Positions 10,064 through 18,624 of a stretch of DNA of 64,000 nt are shown here, one piece after another. This DNA comes from a virus, in the IMG/VR virus record IMGVR_UViG_3300009171_000001, positions 1-64,000 of that record, one strand, 5' to 3'. A program made the translations under genes and the position numbers. Position 1 is the stretch's first letter. Each line of letters starts with the position of its first letter. The notes beneath the pieces are model-generated. The model saw only the letters and a list, made by a program, of their open reading frames with translations, did no database searches and was not told where the DNA came from.

Positions 10064-10221
10064 TAAAATCCTATTAATTCCAGCCGCGTAGCATCATAAT
10101 CATCTGTACTACAATGTTCGGTAACTAAAGCATTAGCTACTTCAATAAATGGAGTTAAACTTATTGTGGCATCCACCTCAATAATTCCACCCACAGCTTC
10201 AGCCGTTGTTCTCACTGCCAT
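10064..10221 (-). pseudogene. Degenerate duplicate of the 5' end of the head-tail connector gene
   Basis: Translates MAVRTTAEAVGGIIEVDATISLTPFIEVANALVTEH*, then STDDYDATRLELI in a shifted frame; matches the N-terminus of 8946..9347 (IIEVDATINLAPFI...VTEHCSTDDYDDTRL). Confidence 0.85.
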
Positions 10222-10233
10222 AATAATTTCCTC

Positions 10234-10863
10234 TTACATTAACTTGCGGACAGATTCCCTCACACCCGATGTTTCCTGTGATTCCTGGAGAATCGCTTTT
10301 GCTACCACCACATCAGTTACAACCGGATTGGCCAACAGAGTATTTACAGAATGAACAAGGCCGGAGCTCACTTTCTTTGCCCGCTTGGCAAGAATAGTCC
10401 CTATTGTTCCAGCAAGAATACCCCCCAGCGTTATCAAAGGGCCAACGGGAGCTGGTATCAGGGGACCAACCTGAGAAGCCGCTTGACCATACAGAATTAA
10501 CTCATCGGCATAGGTTACGTCTTTGTCTTTAAGTTCAAGGAGTTTGGCTTGCCATATATTTATCTGGGCATCAATCTGTGCCTTCTTCTCGGCCACAACC
10601 GTAGCCTGAGCTATAGCATTAGTAAGTAATGCTTGAATCTTCTCCCGTTCAGGCAAGGCCAAATTTGGGTCTGCCAATACCGTCTGCATTTCAATCATCC
10701 CTTGCCGCAAGGTTGTCAACTGCTCAGTCATCGCGGTCGAGGCTTCGTTAGCTTTTGCCACAATACCTTCAAGCAAGTCCAACCGTTCTCTACTGTCTGT
10801 ACCACAACCACCAATAAGCAGAGAAATCATAAGTATAACCATCATTAAATAACAACGCCGCAT
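10234..10863 (-). CDS. Lipoprotein with coiled coil and C-terminal TM segment (possible spanin/lysis accessory)
   Basis: Signal peptide with lipobox LIGGC; long coiled coil; hydrophobic PLITLGGILAGTIGTIL. Confidence 0.5.
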   Translation of the reverse strand: MRRCYLMMVILMISLLIGGCGTDSRERLDLLEGIVAKANEASTAMTEQLTTLRQGMIEMQTVLADPNLALPEREKIQALLTNAIAQATVVAEKKAQIDAQINIWQAKLLELKDKDVTYADELILYGQAASQVGPLIPAPVGPLITLGGILAGTIGTILAKRAKKVSSGLVHSVNTLLANPVVTDVVVAKAILQESQETSGVRESVRKLM

Positions 10864-11555
10864 AATTCACTTCCTTTCTGTGCATCTTTAGGTTCGTCAT
10901 CTTTTACAACCCTTTGATGCTTAGCCCAAAATTCTTTTGTTCCAATTTTTGGAAATACAATCAAACTACTATCATCTGTCACATTTACTACTGAACAATT
11001 TGGAAACTTTTCCTTCAAATCCCTATTAACATAACCAAACGCTACCAACATTCTGGCATATACATCTTTAGATGGTTTGTCTATCTGAAAATTGTGCCAG
11101 TTAGGATTATTATTATCGTCAAGGTGCATATCAAAACCAAGCAGATATATGTTATTTGCACCGAACAATAAAGCCAAATTGATAGCCGTGGCACCAGAGC
11201 TGGCATTATATCCTAAAGCATCACGATGAAGGCCACGTGTTTGTCGTTGCATAATCTTAATCCACGGTTCATTGCATCCTATCAACTGGTTGCAATTAGT
11301 AACAACAGGACCAGTAAATTTGGCAAGCTCTTCATATACACCAACTCTTGGCTTTTTACCATCGTATAGAAATTTGCGGTCAACAAAAACACATACCTTG
11401 CAAATCTCAGGCCCCAAACGAAAGGCGTTGTTGCAACCTATCGTATTCTCATCCCGTAACAATTCCCAATCAAAGTTACGAAGTGATGGGCCACCACCTA
11501 TGATAAAAGCATCTTGACCTTGCCAAATTGGCTCTGGATTCCACCAATTGACCAT
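10845..11555 (-). CDS. Maf/DUF115 (MptE-like) glycosyltransferase-fold protein
   Basis: FIIGGGPSL, TIGCN, SG..A+NLA...GA..IYLLGFDM signature. Confidence 0.75.
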   Translation of the reverse strand: MVNWWNPEPIWQGQDAFIIGGGPSLRNFDWELLRDENTIGCNNAFRLGPEICKVCVFVDRKFLYDGKKPRVGVYEELAKFTGPVVTNCNQLIGCNEPWIKIMQRQTRGLHRDALGYNASSGATAINLALLFGANNIYLLGFDMHLDDNNNPNWHNFQIDKPSKDVYARMLVAFGYVNRDLKEKFPNCSVVNVTDDSSLIVFPKIGTKEFWAKHQRVVKDDEPKDAQKGSELCGVVI

Positions 11556-11558
11556 ATT

Positions 11559-12029
11559 TCACTCCAGACGCTCGGTAATAAAATCATTCACCTGAGACCG
11601 TAATATAGGCCCATTTGTGGTCAAGACTTTCCCTTCCTTATCAGTAATAGTGTACTTGTGGTCTTTATACAGTATATGCAAACCCAATGCACGAGCACGT
11701 GTAAATTTCAGAGTGACATCCTTGCCAGGAAGATTAATAATATCCACAGCACCTTGCTTAACTGCTTCCGCAACGGCGGATTCCTTGGGACACGCTCCCG
11801 TGAGGGCCGTTTGTCCCAAGGTTGTATCCGCTTTCGGGAGGAGGCTTTCTGCTTCCTTATCTGTCAAACGCCGAAATTTATTAGAACCAAACAAGGCTAC
11901 CAAATCCTGTTTTGATTCAACTACAGGCTGCTCAAGGTAAATCCTTTCGCCCTGTTCGTTTCTACCCATCACTGTTTGGTATTTTTTTCCCAACTCAGTA
12001 TGGATTCCATGTAGTAACTGAAAATACAT
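11559..12029 (-). CDS. Hypothetical head-associated protein
   Basis: 156-aa ORF with RBS directly after the capsid gene. Confidence 0.55.
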   Translation of the reverse strand: MYFQLLHGIHTELGKKYQTVMGRNEQGERIYLEQPVVESKQDLVALFGSNKFRRLTDKEAESLLPKADTTLGQTALTGACPKESAVAEAVKQGAVDIINLPGKDVTLKFTRARALGLHILYKDHKYTITDKEGKVLTTNGPILRSQVNDFITERLE

Positions 12030-12096
12030 AATTTGTCCTTTCCTATTTTTTCATAGGTTAAAAACCAATCCAACCTAACAATACTTAGCCCTATTT

Positions 12097-13179
12097 TTAG
12101 CTGGTGCTACCGTGGACGATGCCAGTATTACCATCAATGTCTGCCCGAAGTTGCGGGATGATAATACACATCACCTTGAAATTCTTCAACAAACCACCAT
12201 GGGTGTCCCATTCCAAGGTCATTATATCCATCCCAATAACCATACGGATGGTGCTACTATCCATTTCAAGCAAAATCACATTGTATGTGCTGTCTGCTGT
12301 ATCCAGATAATCCAGTGTACGAACATCGGAAATACCGTCGATTTCCTTAATTCTATTCCGCAATGTCTTGTTGGGATAATTGGTGTTGAAATCATCATCC
12401 AAATACTTATCCCACGCTGAGGAATAATACAGGACAAATGGCCCATAATGTTTAGCATCTTGAGCGGTCTGCTTCATTGCCAGGATTTCAACCAGATGTG
12501 TAGCAGCCGTCCAACCAGTAGCAGTGGGGGATGTAATAGTGTCTGTGAGTCTGCTTGTAAAATTAGCCATCCCATAAATCGTCCCACCACCATAAGCATA
12601 GGAAGATAGACGGCCCAACGTGAGCTTTTCAACCATCTCAGCAACCTTACGACCAGCCAATTCACCCATCGTAGTATCGAGCGGAGCGCCAGACTGACGC
12701 GAGGTTTGAATCTGTCGCAGCGAGAATTGGAAATCCTTATGGATGATTGGAAGGGGCAAGAAAGCCGATTCAAAGACCGGCCTATCATCCGCACCCAACC
12801 GCAAACCATCCATACTAATGGTGGCATCGTTGATGTCACTCATCTTTTGATATTCCAATACGGTTGTACCCATACCATTAGGCACACCATAAGTCAATCC
12901 AGACCCACGCAAATCAGCTACAACCCGCAGACGATTTCTGGCTGCCCGAAGAACCTGGGTGTCCAAATGTAGCCATGCTTCTTTTGTCAATGTGGCCTGT
13001 GTATTGGTGCGGATTGCTTCCAATTTACCGTTTCGATAAACGGTAACATAGGATTGTCCATTCTCCGCAATATACGGACGCAGTACACCTGGGTCCATAT
13101 TACATGCCATCAATTTAGATGCCATGTCTGGATTGCTGGACATGCCATTGAGGATAAAATCTATTTGAGCATTTTGCAT
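12097..13179 (-). CDS. Major capsid protein (HK97 fold, linocin/encapsulin-like phage family)
   Basis: 360 aa; LPLPIIHKDF.FSLRQ...SR..G.PLDT motif; strong RBS AAGGAG. Confidence 0.88.
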   Translation of the reverse strand: MQNAQIDFILNGMSSNPDMASKLMACNMDPGVLRPYIAENGQSYVTVYRNGKLEAIRTNTQATLTKEAWLHLDTQVLRAARNRLRVVADLRGSGLTYGVPNGMGTTVLEYQKMSDINDATISMDGLRLGADDRPVFESAFLPLPIIHKDFQFSLRQIQTSRQSGAPLDTTMGELAGRKVAEMVEKLTLGRLSSYAYGGGTIYGMANFTSRLTDTITSPTATGWTAATHLVEILAMKQTAQDAKHYGPFVLYYSSAWDKYLDDDFNTNYPNKTLRNRIKEIDGISDVRTLDYLDTADSTYNVILLEMDSSTIRMVIGMDIMTLEWDTHGGLLKNFKVMCIIIPQLRADIDGNTGIVHGSTS

Positions 13180-13253
13180 TCTAAAGCTCCTTTCAATTAG
13201 TTTTTATTATTTTTTGTTATTTTTTCTGTTGATATCCTTTTGTACAATCTGAT

Positions 13254-13697
13254 TTATGCAATCTGGATGGCCTTGAGTGTGTCTTCTTCCAATGCATCAA
13301 ATTCTGCTTCAGAGGCATCAATGTGACCAACTATATTGTCCAATTCAGTTGAAGTGGACAAATTGGACACAAGAATAACATGTCCTGTACCATCACTGGC
13401 CACCTCTTGCCCAGGGCTACCAGTCTCTCCCGCAAGCATCAACAGGTTAAAAACTGAACCTGGTGACATCACGGCAATGGAAACGATGTCATCTTCAGAA
13501 TAATCTGTATCAACCCCATTACCCTGCAAAGCATCTTCCACAGCTACCATACGCCCGTGTCGGCCACCTTCATTGGAATGAGCTTGTACTTCGCCATCTG
13601 TAGTCATTTCCAAAATCATTCCAGGCTTAATGGTACCAGCAGCCACCGCCTCTTCATGTCGCCAATCACCTTTGTTATGTATTCTACGATATGCCAT
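13254..13697 (-). CDS. Head decoration (cement) protein
   Basis: E..AAG.I.PGM...A.ED..QG motif; between scaffold and capsid genes. Confidence 0.7.
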   Translation of the reverse strand: MAYRRIHNKGDWRHEEAVAAGTIKPGMILEMTTDGEVQAHSNEGGRHGRMVAVEDALQGNGVDTDYSEDDIVSIAVMSPGSVFNLLMLAGETGSPGQEVASDGTGHVILVSNLSTSTELDNIVGHIDASEAEFDALEEDTLKAIQIA

Positions 13698-13770
13698 TCT
13701 GCTATCCTTTCAACAAGTATATTTACTGATTTTTATTTACTTTTTCTACTCAGATGAATAAATGAAAGAA

Positions 13771-15600
13771 TTAACTTGCTTTCTTGTCAAAATTCATCGT
13801 GGGCAAAGCCAATGGTTCAACCGGCTTATCATCTGTCCCCGCACCATTCTGACCGAGGAAAATGGGAATCGTTCTGGGTGCTATATTTTCCTCAGTAGCC
13901 AGGTTTGCAATACCCCGCAAATCTTCAACACTTTTCGTTGCCAAATACTCTTTGGTAAATATGTTGCGTTTGTTCGCTGTGATGGCTTCAATGAGATTCT
14001 TACGAACCTCTGCCGCCGTCCTTTTCGCCTCAAGCATCCCTTCCCTCAATGTAAGGGGAGCATTGGCAATATACTCATCTTCAGTCATTGCCTTCGGAGC
14101 GGCTGCCGGTTGAGCATTAGCTACGGGCAGCGGGGCAGCCGGATTTGGTTTGTCTTCCGGCTTGTTGACATCGGGGGACTTGGTCAACTCGGCCACATCT
14201 GCGTGCATATTCGTTAGCACCACTTCATCGAGAGCCATCAACACTGACCGATGCTCCTCAGTCCACGATGTCCTTTCGTTTTCTATGAGTTCATTTACAA
14301 TTTTCTCTTTGTCCATCTTCTTACCTTTCAAAATAGGATTTTCTTTGTTTGTTGACAATGTTATTTCTTTATATGTAACCTGACGCTCAACACTTACCGA
14401 CAAACCTTCCAACCGCACCTGACCTTTATCTATCTTGTAATTTTGTCGGTACAATTTACCATCCTTTTCATAGATGAAATAAGTATCAAACACATCAGTT
14501 ATCCACGCATTATCCTCTTTAGCTATTAAAGCCCCCCGCAACAAGGTTTGTACAGAATCATAACTTATCTCATTCATTATGATAGTTGAAACATTAGTTA
14601 CACCCTTGTACTTAGCCACCCAAGTTTGGGCTTTGCCAAAATCCCACTTATCCCTCTTAAACAAATAGGCTTGCACAATGGTATTACCCTCCCCCTTCAC
14701 ATTTCCTATCACAACTTTGATGCCTTTGAGCTTATTAAGCCAAATCGTTTTGAAACTACCCTCAACAAAAGGACCTGGTTCTTTTTGTTGCATACGGATG
14801 TATTCTTCCGTAACATCCACATCATTCTCTATAATAATCAAATCATCCCCAGATTGATTCATCCTCAATAATCCTGCCCCATCTGCTATCGAGCAAGCAC
14901 CCTTCAAATCTGGCAACACAGCCAAATGGTCTGGTTGTATATTACGGGCTGTCCCGATGTAACTCTCCCCATTCCATTCGCCTGGTGTCCGCTCCAAATC
15001 CATAAACAAGCCGGTTGAGACTTCCATCACCTCATTATTCTCTATCGCCTCAGCCACCCTATTATCCACTGTTCTTATACGGGATGGGTCCAACCATGCT
15101 TCTGCCCCCAACTTTTTACTTTCATCATTGAAAGTAGTTTTCATCAACACCCCAATTTTCCGTGCAGTCAATTCTACAGGGTCACAAGCCGACACACCTA
15201 TCCCATTCCGTTGTGGATGATAAACCACTACAGGTTTGTGATTCCATACAGCTGTCATTTTAGCCAATTCAGCAGCTGGATAGAATATGGGCCCATCACT
15301 ACCATTATGAACCCCTTCCGTTATCATTTGTACCGGCCCCACCAACCAATCCCTATCCTCCATCGAATCATGCCGCACAACAGGTTTCAAATTAGTGACA
15401 ATGTATTGAAACATTTTATTCGCTCCTTGTTGCAGATTCCCTACATAACCCGCTGCATGAGCAGCACGACCTTGAGCATTAGCTTTTTTAGTAGCTCTAC
15501 TACGGGCGGCATCATCTCCACAAGTATAATAATACTTTTTGCCGTGCCCACCCCACTGCTGGAAGCAACCCTTTGCATCTTTACCCGAATGAGTTGGCAT
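13771..15600 (-). CDS. Prohead protease (DUF2213-like) fused to a scaffolding domain
   Basis: WN.KPVVV.HP, EVSTG, PDHLA+LPD..GACSI.DG.G motifs; helical C-terminus. Confidence 0.82.
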   Translation of the reverse strand: MPTHSGKDAKGCFQQWGGHGKKYYYTCGDDAARSRATKKANAQGRAAHAAGYVGNLQQGANKMFQYIVTNLKPVVRHDSMEDRDWLVGPVQMITEGVHNGSDGPIFYPAAELAKMTAVWNHKPVVVYHPQRNGIGVSACDPVELTARKIGVLMKTTFNDESKKLGAEAWLDPSRIRTVDNRVAEAIENNEVMEVSTGLFMDLERTPGEWNGESYIGTARNIQPDHLAVLPDLKGACSIADGAGLLRMNQSGDDLIIIENDVDVTEEYIRMQQKEPGPFVEGSFKTIWLNKLKGIKVVIGNVKGEGNTIVQAYLFKRDKWDFGKAQTWVAKYKGVTNVSTIIMNEISYDSVQTLLRGALIAKEDNAWITDVFDTYFIYEKDGKLYRQNYKIDKGQVRLEGLSVSVERQVTYKEITLSTNKENPILKGKKMDKEKIVNELIENERTSWTEEHRSVLMALDEVVLTNMHADVAELTKSPDVNKPEDKPNPAAPLPVANAQPAAAPKAMTEDEYIANAPLTLREGMLEAKRTAAEVRKNLIEAITANKRNIFTKEYLATKSVEDLRGIANLATEENIAPRTIPIFLGQNGAGTDDKPVEPLALPTMNFDKKAS

Positions 15601-15811
15601 TCAAAAACACCAAAACAAAAACTTATTATCGGGCAATCCCCTTACCCTTGCTATAAAAGTATATATCAACAAAGATAAAGTCAAGAGAATTTTGAAAAAT
15701 AGGAATGGAATTTTAGGAAAATAAGGAAGTGAAGTGCTTTATCTCTTTGCCATTATTGAACTTACGGGGGAAATAATTAATTAAAAAATTTTCTAATCAT
15801 TGCAAAAATAT

Positions 15812-15904
15812 CAGTCTGGCGGGCAGGTGCATTATGCGTAGTTTGCGCTAATAGGCTCAGACCTGCCACTGTCCATCGCCACTGACCACGCCGCCACCAG
15901 ACTG
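15812..15904 (-). repeat. Intergenic tRNA-derived hairpin element A
   Basis: Terminal inverted repeat CAGTCTGGTGG...CCGCCAGACTG with an internal GGCAGGT/ACCTGCC stem; ends shared with elements at 16095 and 17050. Confidence 0.6.
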
Positions 15905-15908
15905 TTAT

Positions 15909-16070
15909 TTACTTCATAATTTCGAGCATGACTTTTGATGCTTTGCAAACATTTTCAAATGCTCGAATTGCATCGGTTTTGGCATCATAATATACAAGAA
16001 AACGCCGACGAATCTCTTGTTCGCAGTCTGTACCGGCATCTTTAATAAGCACTATTCTAACCTCGTACAT
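15909..16070 (-). CDS. Hypothetical 53-aa protein (not in the ORF track)
   Basis: MYEVRIVLIKDAGTDCEQEIRRRFLVYYDAK...; RBS AAAGGAG; stop abuts element A. Confidence 0.6.
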   Translation of the reverse strand: MYEVRIVLIKDAGTDCEQEIRRRFLVYYDAKTDAIRAFENVCKASKVMLEIMK

Positions 16071-16094
16071 TTCATTTTCTCCTTTTCAAAAATA

Positions 16095-16183
16095 AGTCTG
16101 GCGGGCAGGATTCGACCGTTTTGACGCTTCATTGGCAGGTCAAAATCCATCGGCAATTTTCCGGTCTTGCCGCCGCCAGACTG
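16095..16183 (-). repeat. Intergenic tRNA-derived hairpin element B
   Basis: AGTCTGGCGG...GTCGAATCCTGCCCGCCAGACT; T-loop-like TCGAATCC. Confidence 0.6.
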
Positions 16184-16282
16184 TTATTCTGGTCGAGATG
16201 CCAACCACCAGATAATAAATATTACTATACTTATTGCAACACCTATACTTAGGGGCAACAACAATATGGTTATGTCGCTCAT
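16184..16282 (-). CDS. 32-aa single-TM peptide (not in the ORF track)
   Basis: MSDITILLLPLSIGVAISIVIFIIWWLASRPE; RBS AAAGGAG. Confidence 0.6.
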   Translation of the reverse strand: MSDITILLLPLSIGVAISIVIFIIWWLASRPE

Positions 16283-16322
16283 TCTATTCTCCTTTTCAAA
16301 AAATTCAGCAGGATTTCCTTAT

Positions 16323-16805
16323 TCAATGTACCACTGTAAAATCTTTAATTTTATTAACTATTTGATTAACCCGCTTACGAATAGTCTCTTTCGAGACACA
16401 ATACTTTCGAGTCAACTCTAACACCGACAACTGGCATATGTACTTATCATAAAGAAGAACAAAATCCTCTGCTGACACACAATCCCGCAATTCGATAAGA
16501 GTAGCATCATCTGTGGTAACTTGTTCTTCAATTTCTTTATGGATTTGTAACTCATTTTCCTTTTGCCAATATCGTGCCATTGCAAAAGCACAATCTAAAT
16601 ACCCATACTTTTTAGCCTCATCCAAATTTTTAGCATATCGCAACATCTTAAACCAACCAACGCCTATCAATTCACCCTTCTCACACTCCTTTCCTACAAT
16701 TCTACAGGCTTTCTTTTCTGCAGCCTCTAACATCCCCCAACAATCAGGATGCCAAAAATTGGACTTATTTCGTAAAGGCCTTCCCTGAGCTCTACGAGTA
16801 ATCAT
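16323..16805 (-). CDS. Sigma-factor-like protein with region-4 HTH
   Basis: C-terminal LS..EL...Y.VSKETIRKR HTH. Confidence 0.55.
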   Translation of the reverse strand: MITRRAQGRPLRNKSNFWHPDCWGMLEAAEKKACRIVGKECEKGELIGVGWFKMLRYAKNLDEAKKYGYLDCAFAMARYWQKENELQIHKEIEEQVTTDDATLIELRDCVSAEDFVLLYDKYICQLSVLELTRKYCVSKETIRKRVNQIVNKIKDFTVVH

Positions 16806-16809
16806 TTGT

Positions 16810-17022
16810 TCATTTTCCTTTTTTAGTTTTCTTGGCTCTTCTTACGGAGGTAGCCATTTCATACATAGTTTTTAAGTCTTTGTAATCAACCACCCAACCA
16901 CCCCTATCCCCGTGTTTCAGTGAAATCCCATCTGTTATACGTCCACATGCATTTGGCCCAGGACTGAATACCAATCTTGATTCGGAATGACCCGCCACGA
17001 TAAAAGTTATGTCTTTCATCAT
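16810..17022 (-). CDS. Hypothetical protein
   Basis: 70 aa with RBS AAGGAG. Confidence 0.55.
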   Translation of the reverse strand: MMKDITFIVAGHSESRLVFSPGPNACGRITDGISLKHGDRGGWVVDYKDLKTMYEMATSVRRAKKTKKGK

Positions 17023-17049
17023 AGTCTAATTCTCCTTGCTCTAAAATAT

Positions 17050-17143
17050 CAGTCTGGTGGGCAGGATTTTATCCCGTTCACTGTGGCCTTTCACAACACG
17101 CTCGATTGCACGTCTGCATTCCGCCGCCGAGGGCCGAGATAGC
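17050..17143 (-). repeat. Intergenic tRNA-derived element C (pseudo-tRNA-like)
   Basis: GGCGGCGGAATGCAGACG resembles a Leu/Ser tRNA D-arm; 3' end AAATCCTGCCCACCAGACTG is shared with elements A and B. Confidence 0.55.
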
Positions 17144-17377
17144 CTATTCGGAAACATGTAACCGAATCGTTAGCACCAACACATTTGGGTCTTCCACTGC
17201 CGGATGAATTGTCTGCCCAACAATCTCAATCCGCACCGTTCCCCCATATTGCATCTCAACAACATTTGGATCAATGGACGGGACTGACCACACCCCAAAC
17301 GGACGTGCTATAATTGTACTAACCACCATCAATGCCAAAACGGCCAAAACCATACATATCAACCTATTTTTTTTCAT
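17144..17377 (-). CDS. Small secreted/membrane protein
   Basis: Signal peptide MKKNRLICMVLAVLALMVVSTIIA; two DPNV motifs. Confidence 0.6.
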   Translation of the reverse strand: MKKNRLICMVLAVLALMVVSTIIARPFGVWSVPSIDPNVVEMQYGGTVRIEIVGQTIHPAVEDPNVLVLTIRLHVSE

Positions 17378-17651
17378 TTTTATTTCCTTTCCTAAATAAT
17401 CAGGCCAAAATACCTCTTTTTATCAAGAAGAAGAAGGTAGCAAGTTATCATCCTTGAATAGTCTATTAGTCTCGTCCCTGACCACCTTGCTACCTTCTGC
17501 TGCATATAAACTTTTAAGGTGTGTGGGGCAAGGGATAGCCCCACACCCATCTTAGAAAAGGAGACACTTGGTAGAACCCACGGTTCTACTTGTTGTTCCA
17601 CGCCGGAGTTACTAAGCCACCACCGGCTGGGCTCGTTCCCATTATACTATA

Positions 17652-18539
17652 TTATTGCCTATCGTTTTTCCGTTTTTCCGTTTTTATTTCTGATGGTATC
17701 CAACAACAACGACAATTTGGATGAAGTGGTATTGTCCCCCTTGCCTCTTCCACAGTAAATGTCTCACCTTCCCTCGCACCACACTCTTCACAAACCAAAG
17801 CATCCCCCGCAGTACTCCATTCAGCCATCAATCCCAATTCATCTACTCCCAACATTTGAAATGAATCCAATTGTCCCTCAGCATGTGCATGAATTATTTC
17901 TGTCCTGGCAATCATTCTGGCCCGTGTACGGGACAAACTACCTATGGACTTTCTCATTTCCCTTGCAATCTGTAATGGGGACGCTCCATGCATCAATCCA
18001 TTTATTAAATGAGTACTCAATTGTTGACTCATTGAAGCAGTAATACCCTTCAATTGTTCAAATGAACGTGAACCCAACAATTGCAATTTACTCATCATTT
18101 CCGGTTGAGCAAAAGCCGTCCTCAAAAATTGTTCCCTACTCCCCAAATAGAAATCTGGTTGGGCCGATGCATACAAAATCCTATTAGCATCAATGTATGC
18201 CCTGGTCATACCCCGATGATAAGCAGATTCTATATATTCATATGTCCATGGTCGCCCATATATTCCCTTTCCAGACACGGTCAAAATACCAGCATTGACT
18301 TGATTGGCCAACCAACTTTGGAAAATCTGTAACTTTTGAGGATTAGTAGCAAAAGCATAATGCCCTGTTGCATGAAGGACCAAAGGCTTTTCGGGTTTTT
18401 TCAAACCCAATGAATCTTCCTCTACCAACCATTTCAATATCTGAACATACAACCAATTGAAACGGCGTTTTATTTCCCCCAAGAATTTCCGTTGTAACAA
18501 GGTTGTCCTTGTAGGGTCATGTCTTATGGTTGTTGTCAT
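17652..18539 (-). CDS. Minor head morphogenesis protein (Mu gpF / SPP1 gp7 family)
   Basis: RA.MIARTEII.AH, WSTAGD..VC..C, P.HPNCRC motifs. Confidence 0.9.
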   Translation of the reverse strand: MTTTIRHDPTRTTLLQRKFLGEIKRRFNWLYVQILKWLVEEDSLGLKKPEKPLVLHATGHYAFATNPQKLQIFQSWLANQVNAGILTVSGKGIYGRPWTYEYIESAYHRGMTRAYIDANRILYASAQPDFYLGSREQFLRTAFAQPEMMSKLQLLGSRSFEQLKGITASMSQQLSTHLINGLMHGASPLQIAREMRKSIGSLSRTRARMIARTEIIHAHAEGQLDSFQMLGVDELGLMAEWSTAGDALVCEECGAREGETFTVEEARGTIPLHPNCRCCWIPSEIKTEKRKNDRQ

Positions 18540-18556
18540 ACGTATCCTTTCAAAAA

Positions 18557-18609
18557 GTAGAAGGCCCGTTGCTTGGGGATTAATTCAAAACGCTTGGCGG
18601 GCCTTCTAC
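18557..18609 (-). terminator. Long hairpin between portal and gpF genes (terminator or processing stem)
   Basis: 12-bp inverted repeat GTAGAAGGCCCG/CGGGCCTTCTAC followed by a T tract on the minus strand. Confidence 0.55.
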
Positions 18610-18624
18610 CTAAATTATCTAATC

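Noticed and set aside
12097-13179. Encapsulin/bacteriocin gene
   Set aside because: It sits in a complete head module (terminase, portal, protease, decoration), so it is the major capsid protein
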